DNA of 64,000 nt from contig NC_068989.1 of assembly GCF_001194135.2 (NCBI RefSeq), positions 65,802,923 through 65,866,922 of the forward strand. Direction: 5' to 3'. Within the stretch, counting starts at the first letter, position 1, and each line of letters starts with the position of its first letter. This document shows positions 52,585 through 64,000 of this stretch, in pieces. This DNA is from Octopus bimaculoides (taxonomy: Eukaryota). Under the pieces are notes generated by a model, which saw nothing but the letters and a program-made list of their open reading frames with translations, had not been told where the DNA came from and did not search any database. A program made the translations under genes and the position numbers.

Positions 52585-52705
52585 TCTCCGTTCTTTTCTC
52601 TCAGTTCTTTTTTCTAAGACGAAGAGTGAAAACTCGAAACGTAAAACACATTTCCTTCTTGTTTTTCCTTTTTCCTGAGCGGCAAACTAAAACACAGAAT
52701 TTGAT
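52585..52705 (+). repeat. Second, more decayed copy of the 12.8-kb hammerhead-bearing repeat
   Basis: gaagag(tgaaaa)ctcgaaacgtaaaac..ttcctgagcggcaaactaaaacac versus gaagagcgtagctcgaaacgtcaaag..ttcctgagcgtcatactaatacat. Confidence 0.6.
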
Positions 52706-52787
52706 ATTTACCTTGTGTTTGTGATGTATATTTTTCATCACACACACACACATGTATGTATTATGNNNNNNNNNNNNNNNNNNNNNN

Positions 52788-52822
<35 letters not shown>

Positions 52823-55426
52823 TAAAACAGAAGCGCATTAGTTGTATTTCAAATATTTATATCATTATTATTAGTCAACTATATCAACAAGTTACCAATT
52901 AACTAATCGACAGCTTGAATGAGCGCTCGATAAATCAATGAATCAGCTGCTTTGTCAGAATCCTTTCTTCTCTGTTCGCATCCTCATCAATGATTTAAAC
53001 TAATTGTTTCAAGTCTGTCTCGTCGCTTCGAAATTTTTTTTCTTTTTTTTTACTGTATGAGTGTGAGTGAGTGAGTCGGTCAGTCAGTCGGAGATTGAGT
53101 GTGTGAGTGAATACGTGAATACACAATAACATAGGAGCTAACATATTTTTAACTGAAATTACACCTGAACAAGATCATTCAAGGGAGAGAAACACGTAAA
53201 CGAATCGAAGCCATTCACAGAGTATTTCTAACAACATTGAGAATGCCTCTTAATAAAAACCCCATGAGTCTATGATCTGCCAATATAATCATAAGTGCAT
53301 TAAGGTGTGCATCGTTTTATAATTGAATCGATTCCTTCTGCTGTATAATGCATGATGATAGTGTTTATTTGTAAAATACCTTTGATCTCATACTATGATA
53401 CAGTTGTATTCTTTTAGTTGTTAACATTGTCATTGTTTAACCTGATCTAATCGAACCAACAAGAGTTCAAATGAGTTCAAAGAGTAATTATCCCATTATT
53501 GTTTAATGTAGAATAATACGCCAAGTAATAATTTACTTTGGCTACATATATCTCTTTCTTTTTCTATAAGATGGTATTTCATTATACGTCTACTGGTTCT
53601 AGTCATAGGGCTATGGTCACGCTGGGGCATTGCCCTTAACGATTTTTCTGTAATTTGTCGAAATTCCTCATAACGATTACAGTTGTCTGGTGTTTATTGT
53701 ATCGAAATATATATATCGAATAATTCCTTTATATATTTGTAACAAAGGTGCTTAGTCAAATTCATAAGTATAGACAAACTCATAAACTTACATACATACA
53801 TATGTACAAGTGTGTGTATGTCTGTTTCCATGACTTTGATTCCACAAACATTCTGTTTACTAAATGTGAAACTTTCGTCAACTCGAGGGTATTGTAAGAA
53901 ACAACTTTACCAAGACACTATGCATTGGCATCGAATTAAGTATCATTCGTTTGCGAAGTCAGCTTCTTAACCACGTATCTTTGAACAGCATGGTGTGATT
54001 TTAGGAGATATAGCTACTATTTCTAGTATACAGCGAACATCCTCTTTCGATCGTTTTATCCAAGCTTCATATTAATGTTTTTTCTCTAATATATCGATTA
54101 TTTTTCTATACTTTCTCCCTGGTTATATAAATATATCACGGATGAAAAAAAATTATTAATCTCTAAGTTGTGAATCTGAATCTTCATAGGAAAACAACTG
54201 GTAAATTTCAACAGCTCAGGCATGGTAATAGTATCAACGTCACATATAATCTGTTCACGAGAAGACCAGGTGTGACCAGTTGTATGCTCCGGCATGACTA
54301 TGAAGTGAAAAATTTCGCTTCGCCATTTTGTGGCTTCGAGTGCAATTCCACTGCTTAACAAGTTTGTGCAGATATATACTAAGTACTATTATAAAAGAAC
54401 AAATAAGTGGTATCGTCTTGCAATTTGCTGGTAAAATTGAACCATAACCCAGTTTAATACCTCCACCTGACCTCTTCATACGTTTATTGGCCTTCACCTT
54501 ATTGGAAGATAAAGTCCTCACTTACTGTCCATAATTACAGAAGGCCGCAAAAGAGCCATAAGCTATGCTAGTTGTTGCGTGATTAAGGTCAGAAATATAA
54601 GAATTATGTAAGCCGAAAAGTTGTTATTCGCCCTGCAAAAACTAGTAGGGGATTCATACTCAAATCGCAAAACGTCTTAAAATTATAAGATATAGATTGG
54701 GTAACCTAAACCTAGTCATATTGCTGACGTAAATACGAGGTGAATTATCTGTCGTCATACTATGATCGTAAAGATATAACATGGGGTTAATCAACAACAA
54801 TAATAACAGCAACCATTATGTCGTTCTCTTAAGGGAATTAGCGTTTCGCATAGTGTTGCAGAGCAATCGTCATTTCTAAAAGTCGTCACCAAGATTTGGT
54901 TTCAGCATTTGAAATAGCAGAGCTGCATAAATATTGGAGTGGTGAAGGGATAAAGGAAGTTCAAAATGACATTACTGTGATCGCAACTAGGAATGCTATG
55001 GCAGAACAAGATCATACACAGATTAGATTAATTTAGTTTTAATTCATCCTTTCATTCTGCTACAAGGATTGGTTTCAATCATTAAGCTATCGCCACATAA
55101 GCTATGGCTACTGGGGCAGCAGTCATGTGTTTTGTCGGCCATATTTACCATTGTACTAATTTTATACGTTAGCATTGATTTTATTAATATCTTTATGTTT
55201 GACCGTACACAAAACAATACATAAAATGCAAAGAGAGATCCGAACACAAATATACATCTACACTTGCATCTGCCTCTATTTTTAACCGTCATCTCGTCTC
55301 TTTATCGATCTGTCTATTGACCGATCGATCAATTTACCCTGTCAATTTCCCTCGCTCCCACTTCCTCTTTCTCTCACCCTACATATATGTTTATATATAT
55401 GTATCTATATATCCTTATATATGCAT

Positions 55427-55474
<48 letters not shown>

Positions 55475-55533
55475 TTATACGCATGTACACATATATATAT
55501 ATGTATATATATATGCATGCATATGTACGTATG

Positions 55534-55571
<38 letters not shown>

Positions 55572-55732
55572 TGTGTATGCATATAATTATATATACACGT
55601 ACAAATAAATCAGGGTCCCGAAATACCAGCTTGCTAGAAATAGGAGCCAACATACCTACCTCTATTTAGGTTAAACTTGCTGGCCACTTTATTATTATTG
55701 TTATTTTTAATGGTGATAATACTTTATCAAAT

Positions 55733-55782
<50 letters not shown>

Positions 55783-55823
55783 TGTGTGTGTATGTATATA
55801 CATACATATATAAATATACATAT

Positions 55824-55861
<38 letters not shown>

Positions 55862-56283
55862 NNNNNNNNNNNNNNNNNNNNNNNNNNNNNNNNNNNNNNN
55901 NNNNNNNNNNNNNNNNNNNNNNNNNNNNNNNNNNNNNNNNNNNNNNNNNNNNNNNNNNNNNNNNNNNNNNNNNNNNNNNNNNNNNNNNNNNNNNNNNNNN
56001 NNNNNNNNNNNNNNNNNNNNNNNNNNNNNNNNNNNNNNNNNNNNNNNNNNNNNNNNNNNNNNNNNNNNNNNNNNNNNNNNNNNNNNNNNNNNNNNNNNNN
56101 NNNNNNNNNNNNNNNNNNNNNNNNNNNNNNNNNNNNNNNNNNNNNNNNNNNNNNNNNNNNNNNNNNNNNNNNNNNNNNNNNNNNNNNNNNNNNNNNNNNN
56201 NNNNNNNNNNNNNNNNNNNNNNNNNNNNNNNNNNNNNNNNNNNNNNNNNNNNNNNNNNNNNNAACAAACGATTCTGAAACAAT

Positions 56284-56333
56284 TAACCCTAACCCTAACC
56301 TTAGGGTTAGGGTTAGGATTAGGGTTAGGGTTA
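56284..56333. repeat. Interstitial telomere-type repeats in divergent inverted orientation
   Basis: taaccctaaccctaacc-ttagggttagggttaggattagggttagggtta. Confidence 0.9.
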
Positions 56334-57663
56334 AAGCAAATTTAAAATGAAAAAAGCAAATAAAACGAAGGTATGGAGATTAAATACGCTTTACATCGCT
56401 TAATTAGCCAAAGGAGTAAATGTAAACAACTGAATACTTTTCAGTGATTGGTTGAAATTATCGAAATAAGACAATTTTTTACATGAAATAAATTCGAATA
56501 CAAAAATATTTTTCTGTTCTATAACACAAAATAGATAAGTATACGAAGTTTGAAAGTCTTTCCGTACCAAAAACACTTCGTAAAACATTAATGAAAAATG
56601 TGGCCCCCGTTTTAAAATAGATCCCAATTTACTTGGAAAAGGATGCATGGCGTTCAATCATGTAAAAATATTAATAGTATATAAATATATGCGTATATTG
56701 ATACATATACGTACATACCTACATTTATATGTGTACATACATGCATGTATGGGTACGGCCATCATAAAGAACACGTTAAACACAATGAGAAACGAGACAT
56801 AAAGACGAAAACAGAAAAGGAACTTTTTTTCGAACAACGAAAAAAACTGAAACACAGAGAAACCTGACATACAAACTTGGTACCTGTGTGTTGTCAGCAT
56901 AAGGCTTGAAGGCTTCAAGTGCTACCTTTTACAATGAAACTAATCTTTATATGAAACACGTAATGTGTTCTTTGAGGAAGACACGCTTGGATTTTCTAAC
57001 AGTTTGATCGACCATGTAGAGGTTCCTAATAATTTTATTTCGAAATTCAGAAAAACTACTTTCGAAATATTGAACAAAGTAATACAAAACAGCACATTAT
57101 TTTTATGACAGAAACATAGAAACCCTCTTAACTCGCTGCAGTATGCTCTCTTTTACCTGCAGCTTTCCATAAAAGTTTCTAAGCAATTAATATATTAGCT
57201 GATGCAGTAACGCATACATACTAATCAGCGCTCATTTTCTATACAATATATCATTTTACAACCAATGACTTGATAGGAAAATTTATTAATTATGTTTTTA
57301 ACGATTTAGAATAAGTAGACATATTATGTAACCATTCATGGACATAATTGGGCATTCATATTAATAACAGGCAAGAATTTGTATTACAAATACGTGTATA
57401 TATATATATATATATNNNNNNNNNNNNNNNNNNNNNNNNNNNNNNNNNNNNNNNNNNNNNNNNNNNNNNNNNNNNNNNNNNNNNNNNNNNNNNNNNNNNN
57501 NNNNNNNNNNNNNNNNNNNNNNNNNNNNNNNNNNNNNNNNNNNNNNNNNNNNNNNNNNNNNNNNNNNNNNNNNNNNNNNNNNNNNNNNNNNNNNNNNNNN
57601 NNNNNNNNNNNNNNNNNNNNNNNNNNNNNNNNNNNNNNNNNNNNNNNNNNNNNNNNNNNNNNN

Positions 57664-57710
<47 letters not shown>

Positions 57711-58236
57711 TACATACATCTCTACACATACATGAACTTATAAATACACGCAAGTGTGTGCGTGTGTGTGAGAGTGTGTGTGTACTGATGTTTGTGTCTC
57801 TTCAGCATTCCCATTGTGTTATCTTGCTTTTCGTATATTACAACAACCAGTTAGGAGAACGGAATCTCAGCAATATTGTCAATGATGAAATAATATATAT
57901 TATTAAAAAAAATAATACAATATTCCATGAAATAGTGAAGAAAATAATATAAATACAGTATAAAAACATAAAACCTGTTTTTTTCCTTCCTTTCTTTTCT
58001 GAAAGTAGCCAAATATTTATGAAAATAGATTTAAAAGCTTCGATAAAGCAATAGAGTCTGGAGCTATTATACGTACGAGAGACAAGAAGTAAATCAAAAT
58101 GCTAAACGACTTACTAATAGCTGTTGCATCTAGGTGCAAACAAACAACCAAATAAACAGATATATGAATAATGAAATATAATAAAACACACCATTATGAA
58201 GAGAATATATCGTTATTTGATGTAAATGAAAACAAA

Positions 58237-58281
<45 letters not shown>

Positions 58282-58291
58282 NNNNNNNNNN

Positions 58292-58327
<36 letters not shown>

Positions 58328-61300
58328 AAGAAAGAGAAACAGTGAAAAAGAGAGAGAGAGAAAGAGTGGGAGTGGGGAAAATAAAAGGAGAGGAAAATCA
58401 ATCTTCTTTACCGTGTATATACATACATTGTGAAATCTTTATCAAAATGTTTTGCTAAGTCATTTGTATACATATACATCAGCTCAGTCTTTCGCACACG
58501 CTTACTGACAGGAACACACATGCAGACACAGAGAAGCGCGTAGACACATACGTATGCTCACTTTCACAGAAGCACAAACAGAAGCTCAAATAAATGCAAA
58601 TATATTCATCCATATGCATAAATACACTAATACATAAATACACTCAAGAAAACACTCGGATATACATTCACAAACAGAAACCTGTACAGCGCCACAATTA
58701 TGCAAATACAATCAAGTAATCACACAGAGACACACGTTTATACACATATAAAAAGAACGTATTCATACACATACGCATACATATACACATGCATAAAGAC
58801 ACAAATAAATGCACAATCTCGAATAGATACACAAATACATAGTAAAACACACCTAACCTATCGTTCAGACGTAAGCATACAAACACACCCACCTAAAACA
58901 AATACGAACGCGCATAGAAATACATTGTCATGCACAGAAACATACATGTGAAATACATCCTCTATTCTGGTGCTATCACGCAAAGGTGCATTAACGCACA
59001 CATACAAAGGAGCGACAAAAACGTAGTCCAAGACACACAGCAACCACATATAGATATAAAAACATACATCAGCATCAATAAACACACCCACTAGCACAAA
59101 CATGCAGAGATGCACACGTCCATGCATATATACATACAAACACACAAACAATTACTGAAAACGCGACGAGAGAGAGAAAAAGACTGAGAGGCGGAGATGA
59201 CAAAGAAGTCGTTATGCAGCATGAGTAAAAGAGAGAAGAAGGAGTAAGGGGAGAATGCGAAAAAGAGAGTGTAACGAAAAAGACACCTGCCCCCGTTATC
59301 ACACGACCTGCTAGAAATACCAACTAAGTCTTCCCCACATTACATTTTTTGCCTAACACATACATTCATACATTTAACTGTCTCTAACTTTAAAAAAACT
59401 TTGGGATGGTCAGGGCTGGGATGCGTTTTGTTATAAATTTTATAAATCAAGCGTAAACTAGAGTTAAAGAGCGGCTTCTGAACACGAAGCGGCGTAGTCA
59501 AGTGAGGAACACCTCATAATAAGTTTACACATGTGAATTTCTTTGCAAGTGGATTTGTTAGATGCAAATTTGAAGCTATTCAGTAGTAAAGAAATAAATA
59601 TTCTTTGTTTGAGTCAATACAGGTCCATGGATTTATGGGTTCATATCTGCACACAGTTAGGTGCAGGGGTGACTGCACACAGTTAGGTGTAGGCATGGGC
59701 ATTCATATAACAAGTGTACATTGCAATATTATCATCAGTCCGAATATGCTTGATGTGTGTTCGAACTGGGGAACAAGTTAGTCACTGCGTTTTGTTCGAA
59801 CGTGCCTCAAATATATTCGGCCCCATAATGACATTGCAATTTCCCTTACCACTGCTTAGAGATCCCACTCCGTAATGAATGTATATGTCCTCTAATTAAA
59901 GTAGACTTTTATGTTGTTCTGGAGTTGGTTTTGAAGAGAGGGCCCTTCGACTATTCAACTTTGTCTATGCAAAAAGTGACGCTAACTATGTTTTCATCAA
60001 ACGCTCACAGGTGAACTTTTTTGCACCTCATTTTTTTATGCAACTATGTTTGTGTGTATGTGTTCATTCAAGAAATCTGAACTGTAAAATCTCTGAAATG
60101 TGTTATTTTCACTGTAGTAATAATCGATTATATTTTCGAGAATGTTAACCAATATACAATGTTCTTTCTGGCAAAAATCGACCAACCCCAGGTTTTGATA
60201 CAGACCTATTATTAAATAACTCAATGCATCTAAAAGAAAGGGGACAATGGAGAAATTTTAAACAGAATACAAGAACTGGGTGTATTTATGTTATATTCCT
60301 CTTATATTATTTGAATTCATACTCTAAAGAATGAGATGGTCGTAACAAAAAAGCAAAACACTGGTGCTAACATTTGGGTAAAAACAATGGTTAAAAGATG
60401 GAATGTGGACATGAGAAGAGCATATTTATTTGTTTTGTTCCGCTTCCACATTGTATTTGCACAGAGCTGGACTCTTTATCTGAAAAGCCCAGATTTTCGA
60501 GACTATTACTTTGATTGGTAGTAACATAGCTAGGTGCACAGCATAATCATAAGTATAAAAATGAATGTATTACAGTTATATAGCTTATGGAAAAATAAAC
60601 AGTTTCTCATTGAGAAAAATTTTCATTTGTACACTACAGATGAATAAGGAAGGTCTTTATAGACAATATCCGACCAGGTTATACAGAACAAGAAACGTTT
60701 TCTTGGCGATACAATGAGAGAGCTTGGCGAACTTTAGCTGTAACTCTCCGGTGATTTATTGCGATATCATCAGATGGGTTAAAGTCGCTTTATAGCCCAC
60801 TAACGCAGAAATAATGGATCTCCTCAGTGGAGGTGGGACAAAATTCCTGCATTTGAAGGAGTGTACTGAGAATTGAGAAATACATTGGTGAATATATTTT
60901 TGAAGTTGTAGCATGAGATGTTAGAATGGATGCTATCTTCGTATAAGTAAGTCACAGTAAGTAGCAAGTCCATTAAAACTTCTGGTATTTATATATGTTT
61001 AAAATGAGTTGACTAATTAGGGATCGATGTTCATAGCCATGTTTGTAGAGGCACCAACGTTGCAAGGAGGATTAAACCAAGATATTATCCACTTTCAATC
61101 TCTTGTCAGTAGTATCAATTTAGTAACATTCAGGTTAACAAATTTTGTGAAAGCATTCTCCCCGATAACACAGCGTACTAACGGGGAAGCAAGATGACAC
61201 AGCGTACTAACGGGAAAGCAAGGTAAAGAAATAATATGTGTATATCGTTTCTAAGTATAGCTGCAGTCTTTCAAATTCCTATGAATATAAATAGCTTCCT

Positions 61301-62258
61301 CATCTGACTTCCTATAGATGCTGTACTTAACTGAATTCATCTCCAAGTAACATTCCAGAAGTTATCAGCCGTTACACCGTGTACCCTACAAAGCTTCTCT
61401 CTAAATTTATCCATGATATAACTGCTCATAGTCCTTGAAATATCACCTATTTAAATTTGCATAGTTATTTTCAGCATCGTTCAGAAAACTCAATACATTG
61501 CTAAAACCTATATGGGCAGAAAGTGGCCGATTTTATTAATTTCAGCGTTTTTACGGCTTCATCAGACGACGAGTTTCTTCGTTTCCTGATGTCTATAGAG
61601 AGTTTAAAGTATACTGAAATTCAGATGCAACTACCCTAATTTGCAAAGCAATGTAAAAATTGCAAACTGAAATATCATATAATTGATGCATTCCATTATT
61701 GGAATAAATAGCGTTGTATGTTAAATTTATGGGCCGCTACATTTCTACTTTACAAATACCGAAATGTGCTTTAATCAATATACAAAAATGCACACACATA
61801 TATTGACCTAGCCACCTATCTATTTTACTAGCTAACATTGCCCCCCCCCTCTCTCCCCTTTTCTTTTTTTCTTTCTTTCTTTCTTTCTCCCTCTCTGTAG
61901 ATATATGTGCACACCTGTATGTGTATAGATGTATACATGTACATATATAATGATATAATATATAACTCATTCTCTGTCTGAAGAATACTTAATAGGTGAT
62001 ATCGTACATATTTTCTACTACGTGTGCAATTGTGTCCCCTATTTGGAAATGAAAGACATGTAATGGTGATATAAATATGACCAAAAAATTTCCAATGTCC
62101 TGTTTTGATATATAATTACTGTACAAAAATATTTCCCAGTATTTTCAACTCACACAAACAGAACATCTACATATGAATTTGGAATACTGGAATAAGCATA
62201 AATGCTTCAAAAAGAAACAACTTGGCCTACACACACACGCGCACACACATACACATAT

Positions 62259-62307
<49 letters not shown>

Positions 62308-62588
62308 TATATANNNNNNNNNNNNNNNNNNNNNNNNNNNNNNNNNNNNNNNNNNNNNNNNNNNNNNNNNNNNNNNNNNNNNNNNNNNNNNNNNNNNNNN
62401 NNNNNNNNNNNNNNNNNNNNNNNNNNNNNNNNNNNNNNNNNNNNNNNNNNNNNNNNNNNNNTGCATACATAAATAAATAATGCATATAAACATATAAAAT
62501 ATATGCATATTATATGTGTGTGTATGCACATCTGTAAAAGTATAATCTTGATTACTTACACACATACACACACACACATACACACACG

Positions 62589-62652
<64 letters not shown>

Positions 62653-63834
62653 TATACGCTCACACACAAACCTATACCATATGTGTTTATATTTAAGATG
62701 ATACCTTGTCTCTATTTTTACAGACGTACTTACACATATAACGCGTACGAACAATATGTATTTATTTAGTCATCTACGGATGTATTGTGTTTCTGTATTG
62801 AGTGGATGTTGTTTTGTTTGAAAACTTTGGAGCTAAAACTTATAACCAATTAGATATTGTTCCCGAAAATGGGTATTAGAGCAACAAAAACAGCAGACAG
62901 AAGTAGAAAATTATGAAGTTAGAGAACTACCCTATATGTATTACTATTTATTTTACAATGGTATCACTTTGAAAAAGTATCATTTGATTTGAACAATAGA
63001 AAAAATATAGAGAGACATAGAGAGAGATAGAAATCAAGCTAAAGCGTAAAGAAAAATAAAATACCAATATAGAAAATTGAAACCGATTAAGTAACAAAGA
63101 GCTATATAATTTGAAGAATGGAAAAGAATAGTTGAATTTGAAATGGAATAAAAATAAATATCTCGATTATGCGCAAATTGGATAGAGATAGAAATCAATG
63201 GATAAACTGCAAAAACTAAAGTGAGTCAAGCGAAGAGAAAGGGTGGGTGAAAATAGTTTGTTAGTAAATCATTCATCGTTCCAGATCTTTGAACTTGAAG
63301 ACATATCTGCACACTGGTATAAAAATACGAGGAAAAATACCCATAGCTAAAGAGAGAAAATTATAGTATATTAATAATGAACCAATTATATAAAACTTAA
63401 ATATCTCCTACATGAAAATTCACACAAATGCAATTTAGAAATTCTAGGTTTACTACATATGTGTGTGTCAGAGAGGGAAAGATACAGTGAGAAAGTGGGG
63501 GTTTTTTTTGTTATTAAATCTAATTTAAAAATCAAATTACCTACTTTATTTCCTTTATGTTGTATAGCAATTTTGCATTTTCTAATTATAACTAATAATT
63601 TGTGAATTTTATTTTTTTACTTTTATATAGTGAGATTTTCATTGCTCGAAATTAGTAAATAGTTCTCCATATTTATATATATAAATATTATAAAAAATGT
63701 TATTTAAAATTGAAAGATTCGCCGAAAATAAAGTTTCCGTGAACATTAGTGGTAAAACTTGGTTTCTAAGTATGTATGGATCTGCCCGTACAGATGCGTG
63801 CGTACATGTGCGTGTGCTTGCATGTGCGTGCGCT

Positions 63835-63838
<4 letters not shown>

Positions 63839-63922
<84 letters not shown>
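63839..63922. repeat. (TG)n microsatellite
   Basis: Direct reading; one of dozens of (TG)/(TA)/(TACA)/(GA) tracts across the window. Confidence 0.99.
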
Positions 63923-63924
<2 letters not shown>

Positions 63925-64000
63925 TGTGTGTGTAGCGAGAAAATTATATTCTGTTAATACACTGTTTCCATGTGACTCTGAAAATTCAATTTACAGTCAT

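Noticed and set aside
59647-61225. Short tandem duplications (ctgcacacagttaggtg x2 at 59647; acacagcgtactaacggg x2 near 61170; also near 43666)
   Set aside because: Two-copy slippage duplications with no spacer array, so not CRISPR-like.
62051-62072. tgaaagacatg resembles miR-71
   Set aside because: Only the first 11 nt match and I saw no pairing arm.

Overview
Eukaryotic, AT-rich, repeat-saturated draft-assembly DNA with 17 N-gaps, most flanked by (TA)n or other dinucleotide runs. The SINE families and microsatellite density suggest an octopod cephalopod (inference, not checked against a database). I recognise no host protein-coding gene, rRNA, true tRNA or CRISPR array. Nearly all listed ORFs are translations of microsatellites, gaps or transposon debris. 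Supported content: (i) several tRNA-derived SINE families in many copies; (ii) decayed non-LTR retrotransposons of the RTE, R4/Dong-like (restriction-like endonuclease) and Jockey groups, several of them broken and missed by the ORF track; (iii) a Helitron Rep/Hel fragment split by a SINE with an 8-bp TSD; (iv) a Tc1/mariner-type MITE; (v) a 435-bp local duplication. The most interesting signal is a set of dispersed minimal type I hammerhead-ribozyme-like motifs with palindromic stem III. Two have non-canonical cores: a U3:A8 compensatory variant at 45345-45386 and an A6U plus extra-A variant at 12808-12842. Other leads are a pri-miRNA-like hairpin at 34864-34962, an apparent (TAA)n-targeted retroelement nest at 3484-5210, and a divergent CCCTAA/TTAGGG palindrome at 56284-56333.
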